Source of the DNA: an uncultured Actinomycetota bacterium
GTDB taxonomy: Bacteria; Actinomycetota; Actinomycetes; Mycobacteriales; CADCTP01
DNA: 64,000 nt
Assembly: GCA_963785005.1 (NCBI GenBank)
Contig: CAWATS010000007.1
Coordinates: 1,059,791 to 1,123,790 of the forward strand
Reading direction: 5' to 3'
A program made the translations under genes and the position numbers. The notes below the pieces were generated by a model. The model did not search any database and was not told where the DNA came from. It worked only from the letters and a program-made list of their open reading frames with translations. Below, one piece after another: positions 1 through 10,683 of the stretch. Every line of letters starts with the position of its first letter. The first letter of the stretch is position 1.

Positions 1-717
1 ATGTACGTCCGGCTGGCCTTCGCCGTCGCGGTGCACGTCGACCCGGACATCCTGCTCATCGACGAGGTGCTCGCGGTCGGCGACGAGCCGTTCCAGCGCA
101 AGTGCCTGGACCGGATCAAGCAGTTCCAGCAGGACGGGCGGACGATCATCCTGGTCACGCACAGCCTCGAGCAGGTGCGCCAGCTGTGCGATCGGGTGGT
201 GCTGCTGGAGTCGGGCGAGGTGGCGGTCGACGGCACCGCGCTGGACGCGGTGCGGCACTTCCGCGAGGCCACCGCCGAGCAGGACCACGTCGAGCAGGCC
301 GCCCAGGAGCACCAGGTGACGATCCACGACCCTCGGGTGACCGACGAGTTCGGGCGGCCCTGCACCACCGTCGACTCCGGCTCCCAGCTCGGCATCGCCT
401 ACGAGCTCGAGGCCGAGCGGGAGGTGTCCGACTGGTGCGCCGGCGTCGCCATCACCGACGCCTCGGGGCTGACCATCTACGGCACCAACACGCTGCTGCA
501 GGACATGGACCTGGCGCCGCTGCGCGGCCGGCAGACGGTCCGTTTCCTGTTCGACGCGCTCCCGCTGCCCGAGGGCCAGTACTTCGTCACGGTCGCGGTC
601 TGCCCGACGCACGGGCCCGACTACCACCGCATCGACCGGGCGGTGTCGTTCCAGATGCGGCACCCGTCGCGGGACCCGGGGGTCATCGCCATGAAGCCGA
701 AGATCGAGGTGCGGTGA
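1..717 (+). CDS. ABC transporter ATP-binding protein, polysaccharide/O-antigen export type (Wzt/TagH-like); 5' end cut by window edge
   Basis: Walker B 'ILLIDEVLAVGD' and H-loop 'ILVTHS', followed by an extra C-terminal domain typical of Wzt/TagH ATPases. High GC3 in this frame. Confidence 0.85.
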   Translation: MYVRLAFAVAVHVDPDILLIDEVLAVGDEPFQRKCLDRIKQFQQDGRTIILVTHSLEQVRQLCDRVVLLESGEVAVDGTALDAVRHFREATAEQDHVEQAAQEHQVTIHDPRVTDEFGRPCTTVDSGSQLGIAYELEAEREVSDWCAGVAITDASGLTIYGTNTLLQDMDLAPLRGRQTVRFLFDALPLPEGQYFVTVAVCPTHGPDYHRIDRAVSFQMRHPSRDPGVIAMKPKIEVR

Positions 718-831
718 CCGGCGACCGGCCGGCACTGGGTAGGATCGCGCACCGGTCGAGCTCGAGTCCCGGTCCGAGGTCGGCCCGGGGCGTCCCGGCA
801 CCGGTGAACCGCGGGAGAATCAGGGTGAGTG

Positions 832-1941
832 ATGGGTAGCAGGTTCCCGTACGGGGCGAACATGATCTCCTACGCGCAGAACGGCGAGGACGTCGTGCTC
901 GACCGGGCGTTCAAGGGCAAGACGGAGGGCTTCTACGTCGACGTCGGCGCCAACGACCCCACCACCGACTCGGTCACCCGGCACTTCTACGAGCTGGGCT
1001 GGCACGGGATCAGCATCGAGCCGCAGCTCGAGCTCTTCGAGGCGCTGAGCACGGCCCGGCCGCGGGACGTGAACCTGAACATCGGGGTCGGCCGCGAGGC
1101 CGGCTACCTGACGTTCCACCACGTGCCCGCCTCGATCGGCAACTCGACCTTCTCCGAGGAGGTCGCGGACAAGCTGGCCGAGCAGGGCTACAGCATCGAG
1201 ACCCGCAAGGTCGACCTGCAGCGCCTCGACCAGGTCTTCGAGGACCACGTCGGCGACCAGGTCGTCGACTTCCTCAAGGTGGACGCCGAGGGCCTGGAGG
1301 AGGAGGTCTTCGCCGGCTTCGACATCGAGCGCTGGCGTCCGCGGGTGATCGTGGTGGAGGGCCTGCAGGTGCCGTCGGTCTGGCGGGAGCGGCTGCGCAC
1401 CTGCGGCTACCACAACCCGCTCTGGGACGGCATCAACTTCTTCTTCGTCCGGCACGAGGACGCGGACGAGCTGGGCGAGGCGCTGACCCGGCCGGCCACG
1501 GTCACCGACAACTACATCATCTGGGCGTACCTGAAGCTGATCGAGGGACAGCGGGACATGGTGGTCCGGCTCATCCAGGACTACTTCGCCCGCGCCGCGG
1601 TCGACCGCGCCGGCGGCTCCCTCGACCGCTCGGAGGTGGTCGCCGCGGCCCGGGTGCTCGGGCAGGTGCTCAGCGACCGCCCGGACCTGCTGGCGCACTA
1701 CGGCACCCCGCCGGCCACCGACGTGGACGGGCTGTTCGCCTGGGCCGCCAGCACCGGCTGGCGGGACGGCGAGCCGTACTCCGCGGACCTGGCCCGGTGG
1801 CGGGGCGTCTACAAGCGGCTGGCCTACCGCAACGTCTCCAGGGCGGTGGCCGAGGCGCGCTCGGTCCCCCGGCGGCTGCGGCGGAAGGTGTCGACGTGGC
1901 GGCTGCGGCGCAGGATGGCGGCCCGGCGCCGACAGCAGTGA
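832..1941 (+). CDS. FkbM family methyltransferase with C-terminal extension
   Basis: 'SYAQNGEDVVLDRAF...GFYVDVGANDP' N-terminal signature of FkbM-type methyltransferases. Start is ambiguous (GTG 829, ATG 832 or ATG 862). Confidence 0.8.
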   Translation: MGSRFPYGANMISYAQNGEDVVLDRAFKGKTEGFYVDVGANDPTTDSVTRHFYELGWHGISIEPQLELFEALSTARPRDVNLNIGVGREAGYLTFHHVPASIGNSTFSEEVADKLAEQGYSIETRKVDLQRLDQVFEDHVGDQVVDFLKVDAEGLEEEVFAGFDIERWRPRVIVVEGLQVPSVWRERLRTCGYHNPLWDGINFFFVRHEDADELGEALTRPATVTDNYIIWAYLKLIEGQRDMVVRLIQDYFARAAVDRAGGSLDRSEVVAAARVLGQVLSDRPDLLAHYGTPPATDVDGLFAWAASTGWRDGEPYSADLARWRGVYKRLAYRNVSRAVAEARSVPRRLRRKVSTWRLRRRMAARRRQQ

Positions 1942-1990
1942 GCCCGCCCGGCGGCCGCGACCGGGTGGCCGGCCGGTCCGGGCGGCCCGA

Positions 1991-3674
1991 TCAGCGCGCG
2001 GCCCGCCGGCAGCGCAGCAGCAGGACGGCGCCGAGCGCGGTGAAGACCAGCAGGAAGCTCATCGCGGGCAGGGCGTAGTTGGACGCCTGCGCGGTCAGGA
2101 ACGACGTCGAGTCGATCAGGGCGAGCAGCAGGACCCGGCCGAGCACCGCGAGGCCCGCCGCCGCGCCGAGCACCCAGACCGCGGCCCACCGCGCGGGTCG
2201 GCGCAACGGTGCCAGGACGTACCCGGCGAGTGCCAGCGGCAGCAGCACCAGCAGCGCGGCCTGGTACGCCAGCCGCAGCACCACGAGGTACCTCGCCCGG
2301 GCGAGACCGACGCGCTCCCGGCTCTGGTGCTCGTGCAGCGTGGCCGGCAGCCCGTTGACGGTCCGGTGGAACAGCGCCCAGTTGCTGGCCGAGCCGGTGC
2401 TCGGCGCCCGGTCGGTGTCCGCCGGCCGGTAGGTCGCCATCCACCGAAAGCTCGACCGACGCCGAGGCCACGAAGGCGCCCACGCTGATCCGGGACGGGC
2501 TGGGCAGCATCGTCGGCATCGGCCGGCCGCAGGACAGCCGCCCGTCGGAGCACGCCGCCGCGATCTGGTCGGCGACCAGCCCCCAGTAGCGCTGGGCCTG
2601 CTCCTCGGTGCGGGCCTCGCCCGCGCTGGCGGTCGCGTTGCGGATCGCGTACGGGATCAGCCCGGCGGTGATGTCGTCGCAGACCCGGTGGCGCCGGCAG
2701 CTGCCGACGACGAATCCCTGCTGCGCTCCCTCCAGGGCCGGCTCCAAGCCGGCCGCCGCGCCACTCACCCGGTAGACGGCGAGGCGCTGCGGCCGGCTGA
2801 TCGGGACGTACCGGCGGGCCGGACCCGCGTGGACGCTCTGCCAGGTGCTGTACAGGCGGGCGAACTGGCCGCCGGCGAAGTCGTCGGTGAGCGACGCCCC
2901 GTACGCCCGCCGGTTCTGCGCCGCGACCCCCCACGTCGTGGCGGCCAGGACGGCGACGGCGACCGCGGCGCAGCCGACGACGGGTCCGGCGGCGACCAGC
3001 CAGCCCCGCCACCTCCCCGCCGGCCGCAGCCGGTGCTGGCGGTGCTGGCGGAAGACCACCGCCGCCGCCAGCACCGCCGCGATCGCCGGCAGCAGCCACG
3101 GGTGCTCGGCCCTGGTGAGCCAGTAGCCGGCGAGCACCAGGCCGGCGGCGACGCCGGCCAGCGCGCGCCGGGCCCACCGGGACGCGACCGCCGGGCCGCC
3201 GGATCCGCTGCCGGGCAGGGCGAGCGCGGCGAGCGCGAACAGCAGCAGGCACACCGAGGAGTACCAGTTGTCGCGCAGCACCCGCGAGGCGCCCCAGCCG
3301 TAGTACGAGGGGTCGAGGGCGAGCACCACGTAGAGCCAGCAGCCGATCTGGCGGCTGCCGGCGGCCCGACCGATCGCCCCGGCGGCGGCCGCGCAGGCGA
3401 GCAGGTGCACGAGGTGGACGACCAGCAGGTACGGCAGGCGGGTCTGCTGGGCGAGCGCGAGGAAGGCCGGGAAGGCCGGTCCCTTCTGCAGGGTCCTGGT
3501 GTCGAACGGCCCGAGCCAGGCACCGTCGCGCAGGGACGAGCCCAGCCGGACGAACAGCTGGTCGTCCTCGACCGCGTCGCCGATCACCCAGAGCGGGACG
3601 AGCAGCCGGAGGATCGTGCTGAGGATCGTGACGGCCGCGAGCCCCGCGACGACCAGCGTGCGGCGACGTGTCAC
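1991..3674 (-). pseudogene. Polytopic membrane protein, GT-C-like putative glycosyltransferase, split by a frame break near 2440-2460
   Basis: GTG start overlaps the stop of the upstream GT2 gene (GTGA). Multiple TM helices, with acidic 'GDAVEDDQ' in the first loop. High-GC3 reading moves from the 1824..4172 frame to the 1991..2440 frame (TM-rich C-terminus) at 'gagctttcggtggatgg'. After 2440 the first frame is rich in A/T-ending codons. Confidence 0.6.
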
Positions 3675-4882
3675 TGGCGCCGGATGCCGAGCACGCTGAG
3701 GAAGAAGCTCGCCAGCACGGTCTCGACGCCGAGCATCAGGGCGACCAGGGCCGGCACCACGACCCGCATGCTCATCGAGAAGTCGAGCGGTCCGAAGTCC
3801 CGGGAGCTCCACTGCGCCACGGCGACGACGGTGCCGGCGAGGCCGGCCAGGACGAGGACGGCGCCGGCGAGCAGCCCGACCTCGAGGGTGACCCGGCCGA
3901 GGGCGCGGTCCAGCCACGGACTGGCCGGCAGCAGGCCGGCCGTCACGGCGAAGACCTTGCTGAAGACGGCGAACAGGACCGCCTCGTAGCCGAGGACGAC
4001 CGCCCCGCCCGCGTACAGCAGCGTCTGGGAGTCGAGCACGACGTGACCGACGGTCCTCGGTCCGGGCAGCAGCCAGGCCATGACGACCAGACCGAGCACC
4101 GTCAGCGCGATCCCCGGGTACAGGAACAGCCAGCGCGGCGAGTACAGCAGCAGGAACCGCAGGTGTCGCCACCCGTCGCGCCAGCGACGCAGGTGGGCGG
4201 GCCGGGAGCGCCCGTCCGGCCGCAGCGTCGTGGGGACCTCCGTCACGGTGAGCCGGCTCAGCTCGGCCTTGACGACCATCTCGCTGGCGAACTCCATCCC
4301 CGTGGTGCGCAGGCCGAGGCCCTCGACGGCGGCCTTGTCGAACCCGCGCAGCCCGCAGTGGAAGTCGCCGATCGCGCTGCGGTAGAAGCGCCGGCCCAGG
4401 AAGGAGAGCACCGGGTTGCCCAGGTACCGGTGCAGTGCCGGCATGGCGCCGGGCTGGATGCCACCGGAGAAGCGGTTGCCGACCACGAGGTCGTCCCCGC
4501 TGCGCAGCCGGTCGAGGAAGCCCTCGAGGTGCGCGAAGTCGTAGCTGGCGTCGGCGTCGCCCATGACGACGTACCGCCCGCGCGCGGCCGCGATGCCGGC
4601 CTGCAGCGCCGCCCCGTACCCCGGCAGCGGGACGTCGACGACGCGGGCGCCGCAGCCGGCGGCGATCTGCGGTGAGCCGTCCGTGCTGCCGTTGTCGGCA
4701 ACCACGACCTCGCCGCTCACGCCCCGCCGCCGCAGGAAGCCGCGCGCCTCCTCGATGCAGGAGGCGAGCGTCTCCGCCTCGTTCAGGCAGGGCATGACGA
4801 TGGACAGCTCGACGCCGTCGGCGACCACGGCAGCGCCGACGCTGCCCGACGGTGTCTCCCCGGCCGAGGACGTGCCAGGCAT
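3671..4882 (-). CDS. Family 2 glycosyltransferase with C-terminal TM domain (polyprenyl-phosphate sugar synthase / GtrB-like)
   Basis: 'LSIVMPCLNEAE', 'VVADNGSTDGS' and 'MGDADASYD' GT2 motifs, plus about 4 C-terminal TM helices. GGAGGAG RBS lies 6 nt before ATG 4882. Confidence 0.85.
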   Translation of the reverse strand: MPGTSSAGETPSGSVGAAVVADGVELSIVMPCLNEAETLASCIEEARGFLRRRGVSGEVVVADNGSTDGSPQIAAGCGARVVDVPLPGYGAALQAGIAAARGRYVVMGDADASYDFAHLEGFLDRLRSGDDLVVGNRFSGGIQPGAMPALHRYLGNPVLSFLGRRFYRSAIGDFHCGLRGFDKAAVEGLGLRTTGMEFASEMVVKAELSRLTVTEVPTTLRPDGRSRPAHLRRWRDGWRHLRFLLLYSPRWLFLYPGIALTVLGLVVMAWLLPGPRTVGHVVLDSQTLLYAGGAVVLGYEAVLFAVFSKVFAVTAGLLPASPWLDRALGRVTLEVGLLAGAVLVLAGLAGTVVAVAQWSSRDFGPLDFSMSMRVVVPALVALMLGVETVLASFFLSVLGIRRQ

Positions 4883-4946
4883 CGCGGCTCCTCCATCATC
4901 GGCGCCCAGCGAGCGCGCCCTGCACGGCACTTCCAGTCCGCAGCAT

Positions 4947-5645
4947 TCAGCGTCGTCGCGCCACGCACAGCAGCGACTGGCCGAACGGTGGGCTCCAATG
5001 TCGCTCCAGCATCCGGGTGACGGGGACGACGAGCCGGTCGTAGGCGCGGATGAGGCGCGGCGACGCGACGCCGGTCCCGCCCCGGCGGACCGCCAGCCAC
5101 CACGCGACGCCGCCGAGGAGGTTGACCGGCCGCAGCAGCTCGGGGACGAGATCCGCCGCCTCGACCGCGGCCCGCAGCGACGCGGGGGTGTAGCGACGGT
5201 GGTGTCCGACGAGGCGGTCGAAGTCCCCGAACAGCGCCGGGTAGGCGGGCACCCAGAGCACGACCGCGCCGCCGGGCACCAGCAGCCCGCCGAGCGCCCG
5301 GAGCGCGGCCACGTCGTCCAGGATGTGCTCGAGCACGTTCATGGCGAGCACCGACTCGACCTGCTCGGCCAGCGTGACCGTGCGGTCGAGGTCGACCTCG
5401 AGGACGTCGACCCGCGGGTCGCCGGCGAACCGGCGCCGCAGGGCGTCGAGGCAGCCGGGGTCGGTGTCGCTCACGACCAGCCGCCGCGCCCCGGTCAGCA
5501 GCGCGCTGAAGTCGCCGAGACCGGAGCCCACCTCGAGCACGCTCCGGCCGAGGTGCCCTCCGACGAGCGAGAGCTGGTAGCTGCGGTAGTTGCGAGCATC
5601 CACGCCGCCGAGGTGGTTCTCGAGCTCGCGTCCCGGTGTCTGCAT
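4947..5645 (-). CDS. Class I SAM-dependent methyltransferase
   Basis: 'LEVGSGLGDF' motif I and 'MNVLEHILDD'. Paralog of the 7379..8134 product. Confidence 0.8.
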   Translation of the reverse strand: MQTPGRELENHLGGVDARNYRSYQLSLVGGHLGRSVLEVGSGLGDFSALLTGARRLVVSDTDPGCLDALRRRFAGDPRVDVLEVDLDRTVTLAEQVESVLAMNVLEHILDDVAALRALGGLLVPGGAVVLWVPAYPALFGDFDRLVGHHRRYTPASLRAAVEAADLVPELLRPVNLLGGVAWWLAVRRGGTGVASPRLIRAYDRLVVPVTRMLERHWSPPFGQSLLCVARRR

Positions 5646-5647
5646 GT

Positions 5648-6340
5648 CTAGATCTGGCGACCGAGCCGGATCCGGCCCAGGATCCACAGCGCCTCGACCC
5701 CGTCCCGCCAGCTGAGCTTCTTGCCCTCCGCGCGGGTGCGGGCCCGGTAGCTGATCGGGATCTCGTACGGGCGGATCCCGCGGCGCAGCAGCTTGCCGGT
5801 GATCTCGGCCTCCATCCCGAAGCCGGCCGAGCGGACCCGCAGCGACCGGTAGAGCGGCAGCGGCATCAGCTTGTAGCAGGTCTCCAGGTCGCTGATCCAC
5901 GAGTTGAACAGCGCGTTCGCGACGAAGGTCACGCCCTTGTTGCCCAGGACGAACCAGAACGAGTACGCGGTGTGGCTGCCGAAGCTCCGGGTGCCGAAGA
6001 CCACCTCGGCCTCGCCGGCCAGGACCGGCCGCAGCAGCGCCGGCAGGTCCTCCGGCGAGTACTCCGCGTCGGCGTCGCACATGACGATGTGGCTGCCGGT
6101 GGCACGCTCGGCCGCGGTGCGCACCGCCGCGCCCTTGCCGCGGTTGCGCGGGTGGGTGTGCACGCTGACCCGGCCGTCGGCCGCCAGCCCGGCCAGGATC
6201 GCCGCGGTGCCGTCCGTGCTGCCGTCGTCGACGACCACGAGCTCGACCTCGCACGGGTACGGCACGTCCAGCACCCGCTTGACGACCGCCGCGACGGTCT
6301 CCGCCTCGTTGTAGACGGGCATCAGGATCGACAGTCTCAT
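5648..6340 (-). CDS. Family 2 glycosyltransferase
   Basis: '[12 protein letters not shown]', '[11 protein letters not shown]' and 'CDADAEY' motifs. ATG 6340 overlaps the stop of the upstream gene. Confidence 0.85.
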   Translation of the reverse strand: MRLSILMPVYNEAETVAAVVKRVLDVPYPCEVELVVVDDGSTDGTAAILAGLAADGRVSVHTHPRNRGKGAAVRTAAERATGSHIVMCDADAEYSPEDLPALLRPVLAGEAEVVFGTRSFGSHTAYSFWFVLGNKGVTFVANALFNSWISDLETCYKLMPLPLYRSLRVRSAGFGMEAEITGKLLRRGIRPYEIPISYRARTRAEGKKLSWRDGVEALWILGRIRLGRQI

Positions 6341-7308
6341 CCGGTCGCCTCCCCGGCCGCGACGCCGGCGGCCTCGCGGATCCACACGATCGTCGGCTTC
6401 AGGCCCTCCTCCAGCGCGACCGCCGGCTCCCAGCCGAGCTCGGCCCGGGCGAGCGAGATGTCCGGCTGCCGCACCGTGGGGTCGTCCTGCGGGCGGGGCA
6501 CGAACTCGACCGGCGACGACGAGCCGACCGCCGCCCGGATCCGCTCGGCCAGCGCCAGCACCGAGAGCTCCTGCGGGTTGCCGAGGTTCACCGGGCCGGC
6601 CAGCCCGGAGCGGGCCATCCGGACCACCCCGTCGACCAGGTCGTCGACGTAGCAGACCGAGCGGGTCTGCGCCCCGTCGCCGGCCACGGTGATGGGCTGG
6701 CCGGCCAGCGCCTGCCGGATGAAGGTGGGGATGGCCCGGCCGTCGTCCGGGCGCATCCGCGGCCCGTAGGTGTTGAAGATCCGCACGATGCCGGTGTCCA
6801 CGCCGTGGGCGCGCCGGTAGGCCATGGTCATCGCCTCGGCGAAGCGCTTCGCCTCGTCGTACACGCCGCGCGGGCCGACCGGGTTGACGTGCCCCCAGTA
6901 CGTCTCCGGCTGGGGATGCACCTGCGGGTCCCCGTACGCCTCCGAGGTGGAGGCGAGCACGAAGCGGGCCCGCTTCTCCCGGGCCAGCCCGAGCGTGTGC
7001 AGGGTGCCGATCGCGCCGACCTTGAGGGTGTGGATCGGCAGCCGCAGGTAGTCCACCGGCGACGCCGGCGAGGCGAAGTGCAGGACCAGGTCGACCTCGC
7101 CGGCCACGTACACGTGCTCGGTGACGTCGCACCGGATCAGCCGGAACGGGCCGGTCTCGCGCAGGTGGGCCACGTTGCCGGGGGTGCCGGTGACGAAGTT
7201 GTCCAGGCACAGCACCTCGTAGCCCTCGGCGAGCAGCCGCTCGCACAGGTGCGAGCCGAGGAAACCGGCCCCTCCGGTCACCACGGCCCGCGGCCGCCGA
7301 TCCGACAC
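6337..7308 (-). CDS. UDP-glucuronate decarboxylase (UDP-xylose synthase), extended SDR
   Basis: '[12 protein letters not shown]' Rossmann motif, 'YDEAKR' catalytic YxxxK, and 'STSEAYGDP'. GGAGG RBS lies before GTG 7308. Confidence 0.85.
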   Translation of the reverse strand: MSDRRPRAVVTGGAGFLGSHLCERLLAEGYEVLCLDNFVTGTPGNVAHLRETGPFRLIRCDVTEHVYVAGEVDLVLHFASPASPVDYLRLPIHTLKVGAIGTLHTLGLAREKRARFVLASTSEAYGDPQVHPQPETYWGHVNPVGPRGVYDEAKRFAEAMTMAYRRAHGVDTGIVRIFNTYGPRMRPDDGRAIPTFIRQALAGQPITVAGDGAQTRSVCYVDDLVDGVVRMARSGLAGPVNLGNPQELSVLALAERIRAAVGSSSPVEFVPRPQDDPTVRQPDISLARAELGWEPAVALEEGLKPTIVWIREAAGVAAGEATG

Positions 7309-7378
7309 CCGGGAACCTCCGTTCGCGGCCCCGACCACCGCACCGGACCGGGAACCGGGCCAGCGTAGCCTTCGCCCC

Positions 7379-8134
7379 GTGTCGAGCATGTCGGGCGGGT
7401 CGGGCCGGCCGGTGGGCCGGGTCGAGGGCGACACCCTGCTGCAGTCGCAGGTCCTCGAGGACCTCGCCGAGGCGGTGAACTACCGGCACTGGCTGGTCGA
7501 CCTCGCCGTACCGCACCTGACCGGGCCGACGCTGGAGATCGGCTCCGGCCTCGGCGACTACGCCGAGGACTGGGCGGACCGGGGCGTGCAGCTGACCGCG
7601 TCCGAGGCGGACCCGCACCGGCTGGCCGCGCTGCGGGAGCGCTTCGCCGCCGATCCCCGGGTCGGGGTGCGGGAGCTCGGCGTGCCGATCGACGTCGAGG
7701 CCGACTACGCGGCGGTGGTCGCGTACAACGTGCTCGAGCACGTCCCGGACGACCTGGCCGCGGTCCGCGCCTTCGCCGGGCTGGTCCGGCCGGGCGGCGC
7801 GGTCGTGCTCGTGGTGCCCGCGCTGCCGGCGCTGATGAGTGCCTTCGACCGGGCCATCGGCCACCAGCGCCGCTACCGCCGGGCCGGGCTGGCGGCGGTG
7901 CTGGCCGCGGCCGGGCTCGAGGTCCAGCGGCTGCACCACCTGAACCTGCCGGGTGTGCCGGCCTGGTTCGTCGGGATGCGGCTGCTGCGGATGACCCCGT
8001 CGGCCGGGCCGGCGCTGCGGGCCTGGGACGGGCTGGTGGTGCCGGTGGCGCGGCGGCTGGAGCGCCGGTGGACGCCGCCGGTGGGGCAGTCGCTGTTCGC
8101 GGTGGCCCGCAGGCCCGCCGGTCGGCGGCGGTAG
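7379..8134 (+). CDS. Class I SAM-dependent methyltransferase
   Basis: '[10 protein letters not shown]' and '[10 protein letters not shown]'. Collinear similarity to the 4947..5645 product. Confidence 0.8.
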   Translation: MSSMSGGSGRPVGRVEGDTLLQSQVLEDLAEAVNYRHWLVDLAVPHLTGPTLEIGSGLGDYAEDWADRGVQLTASEADPHRLAALRERFAADPRVGVRELGVPIDVEADYAAVVAYNVLEHVPDDLAAVRAFAGLVRPGGAVVLVVPALPALMSAFDRAIGHQRRYRRAGLAAVLAAAGLEVQRLHHLNLPGVPAWFVGMRLLRMTPSAGPALRAWDGLVVPVARRLERRWTPPVGQSLFAVARRPAGRRR

Positions 8135-8194
8135 CCCCGGGCAGTGGCAAAGATGCCCACCGCACGGATGGCTTTGGGCCTAGAATCGCGATCC

Positions 8195-9298
8195 ATGCCC
8201 AGCTTTCTCCGCCGTTCCAGCCACGAGAAGGCCACGCCGGCGAACGGCTCCGGCGACGCGCCGGACCGCGCCGGCTCGCCAGGAGGACTCGCCCCCCCGG
8301 TGGTCCAGGACCGGCCCCGTGAGCACCTCAGCGTCGAGGATCTCGACGCGCTGCTCCCGGTCGCGCAGCAGCCGCAGGCGCACAGCGCCTATCGCGGCCA
8401 GTTCGAGGGCCTGTGGACGGACCGTGTCGACGCCGCGCAGGTGCTGCAGCGCCGATGGCGCGCCGGCCAGCTGCGCGCCGTCGAGCTCGAGCGCCTGCAG
8501 CACTGGATCGAGCACGGGTACGTCGTGCTGCCGGGCGCCGTTCCGCCCGAGGACTGCGAGGCGATCAAGGCGGACCTGGGTCGGGCGTTCGAGCACGGCG
8601 ACGAGCGGCTGCACGTCATCAAGCCGGGCGAGCACTTCGGGCAGCCCTTGCAGCCCGGCACTCCGCAGGCGCGGATGCGGGTGAACGACATCTACGTCTA
8701 CTACGAGTCCGCCCGCCGCGCGCTGTTCGCCGAGCCGATCGCGCGCTTCCTGCGGCTGATCTTCTCCGGCGACCCGATCCTGCTGCAGAGCCTGACCTTC
8801 GACAAGGGATCTCAGCAGGGCGTCCACCAGGACACCGCCTACGTCGTCATCGACCCGCCGGGGGCGCTGGCGGCCGCCTGGATCGCGCTCGAGGACGTCC
8901 GGCCCGGGTCCGGCGAGCTCGTCTACTACGACGGCAGCCATCGACTGGACGACTTCCTCTTCAGCGGCCAGTACAAGTGCTGGCACCACGAGCGGGACGG
9001 CGCGGGCCAGCACGACGAGTACGCCGTCGGGCTCGTCCCGCGCGCCGAGGCGGCCGGCCTGGAGCGCAGGCGCCTGCTCGTCGAACGCGGAGACGTCCTG
9101 ATCTGGTCGGGCAACCTGGCGCACGGCGGCGGCGAGGTGACCGACGAGAGCCTGTCCCGCCGCTCGCTCGTCGGCCACTACTGCCCCGAGTGGGCGGTGC
9201 CGCGGTACTTCGACCAGTTCCCCGAGCGGTCGATGCTGCGCCCCTACGGCGGCGGCACGTTCGCCAGCTCACACTACGACGTCACCACGGCGAGCTGA
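8195..9298 (+). CDS. Phytanoyl-CoA dioxygenase (PhyH) family Fe(II)/2-oxoglutarate oxygenase
   Basis: 'QGVHQDTAY' (HxD facial-triad region), 'LIWSGNLAHGGG' and 'GHYCP'. ATG 8195 was chosen after a lower-GC leader; ATG 8144 is also possible. Confidence 0.78.
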   Translation: MPSFLRRSSHEKATPANGSGDAPDRAGSPGGLAPPVVQDRPREHLSVEDLDALLPVAQQPQAHSAYRGQFEGLWTDRVDAAQVLQRRWRAGQLRAVELERLQHWIEHGYVVLPGAVPPEDCEAIKADLGRAFEHGDERLHVIKPGEHFGQPLQPGTPQARMRVNDIYVYYESARRALFAEPIARFLRLIFSGDPILLQSLTFDKGSQQGVHQDTAYVVIDPPGALAAAWIALEDVRPGSGELVYYDGSHRLDDFLFSGQYKCWHHERDGAGQHDEYAVGLVPRAEAAGLERRRLLVERGDVLIWSGNLAHGGGEVTDESLSRRSLVGHYCPEWAVPRYFDQFPERSMLRPYGGGTFASSHYDVTTAS

Positions 9299-9311
9299 GG
9301 TCGCCGCCCGG

Positions 9312-10619
9312 TCACAGCTCGAGCGCCAGGTCCCGCAACGCCAGCAGCGCCGACGTCGACAGCACCGGGATCCCGACCTCGGCGTCCCAGAAGGCGCCGG
9401 TGTAGCCGTGCACGTGCCGGCCACTGACCGGCCGGGCCGCGGCGGCGAAGGCGTCGAGGACAGGAGGGATGACCGCCTCGGGCGAGCGCTCGCTGCGGAT
9501 GCCGTCGGGCGTGAACGCCTCGGCCGGGCACTCGTGCGAGAACACCGCGCCACGCCGGTCGAGGTGGGGCAGGACGCCCATCACGTCCCGGGCGGAGGAC
9601 TCCAGGTCGACATCCATCCACAGCTGGGCGACCTCCGGTAGCCGCACCTCGGGGATGGTGTCCGCGAAGAAGCCCTGGTGGTAGCGCACCGGGGCGGACC
9701 GGCCGTAGCCAGCGACGTTCGCCTCGACCTCGGTACGACTCCCGGCGAACTCACCCGCCCGGTAGTAGGCCGAGTCCGAGGGCGGCAGCCCGGCGAACGA
9801 GTCGAAGACGTGCAGCGTCCGCCCCAGCTGGTGGCAGGCGTCGGAGAGGATCGCGGTGCTGAAGCCCTTGAAGCAGCCGAACTCGAGCAGCGGCCCGTCC
9901 ACCCCGTGCGCGGCGACGGTGGCCAGGTGCGCGGCGATCGCGTACACCTCCACGGCGGAGTTCTGCACCGCGGAGCGATCCTTGGCGTCGGCGTCCGCTC
10001 CCACGTTCTCGCGGGGGAAGTACCGCTCGACGAAGGCCGCCCGCAGCCACAGCTGCCCGAGCAGCGCGAGGTGCGAGTGCAGCGCGGGCACGGCGCGAGA
10101 GCCCCGGTGCAGCAGGAAACGCAGATCGGACACCGCGCGTTCGGCCAGCTCGTCGTCCCACGGCCGGTCGTAGCGCCCGGGACGGTAGCGATGCAGCAAG
10201 GCGACGACGCCAGGCGGCAGCGGTGCCGTCGCGGTGGCCCCGGCCGGCGGCGGCGCGAGCACCGGCACCGGGACCGGCTCCGTGGCCACCGCGTTCCCGT
10301 CGGCCCGCAGCAGCACGACCACGTCAGCCTGCGAGTCGCCGACGTGGGCGAAGTGCTCCGGGGCGAACTGGAACTCGAAGCCGCTGCGGGCCGCGTCGGG
10401 CACCCCCAGGCTCCTCGCGACGTCGATGCGGTATCCCCCGGGAGTCGCCCGACCCACGACCTTCCCCGCGACGACCACCTCGACCGAGACGTCCTGGTCG
10501 GCCGCGAACACCCAGCCGAGCAGGCGGTCGGCGCTGACCTCGTCGACCGAGTAGCGAAGCGGGTCCCGGCCCTCCTCGCGGCGGCGCCGGAGACCTCGAT
10601 GCGGTCGCACAGCAGGCAA
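9312..10619 (-). CDS. TylF/MycF-like class I O-methyltransferase with an N-terminal extra domain
   Basis: 'LLEFGCFKGFSTAIL', 'VFDSFAGLP' and 'WMDVDLESS' resemble macrocin-O-methyltransferase family motifs. Start is uncertain (TTG 10619 or GTG 10610). Confidence 0.72.
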   Translation of the reverse strand: MPAVRPHRGLRRRREEGRDPLRYSVDEVSADRLLGWVFAADQDVSVEVVVAGKVVGRATPGGYRIDVARSLGVPDAARSGFEFQFAPEHFAHVGDSQADVVVLLRADGNAVATEPVPVPVLAPPPAGATATAPLPPGVVALLHRYRPGRYDRPWDDELAERAVSDLRFLLHRGSRAVPALHSHLALLGQLWLRAAFVERYFPRENVGADADAKDRSAVQNSAVEVYAIAAHLATVAAHGVDGPLLEFGCFKGFSTAILSDACHQLGRTLHVFDSFAGLPPSDSAYYRAGEFAGSRTEVEANVAGYGRSAPVRYHQGFFADTIPEVRLPEVAQLWMDVDLESSARDVMGVLPHLDRRGAVFSHECPAEAFTPDGIRSERSPEAVIPPVLDAFAAAARPVSGRHVHGYTGAFWDAEVGIPVLSTSALLALRDLALEL

Positions 10620-10683
10620 TCGTAGTGGACCGCGCCGCCCCGACCGGCTGGCGGGCGCCGCGCGCAGCGGGGTCGTCCGGCGG

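Noticed and set aside
1824-4172. Very long ORFs antisense or out of phase to recognised genes (for example 1824..4172, 5648..7939, 12493..15675, 20187..23057, 43371..46619 and 61577..63670), many of them Arg/Pro/Gly-rich
   Set aside because: These are typical stop-poor shadow frames of >70 % G+C DNA. Only parts of them coincide with the high-GC3, motif-bearing reading. The rest lack motifs and use A/T-ending codons.
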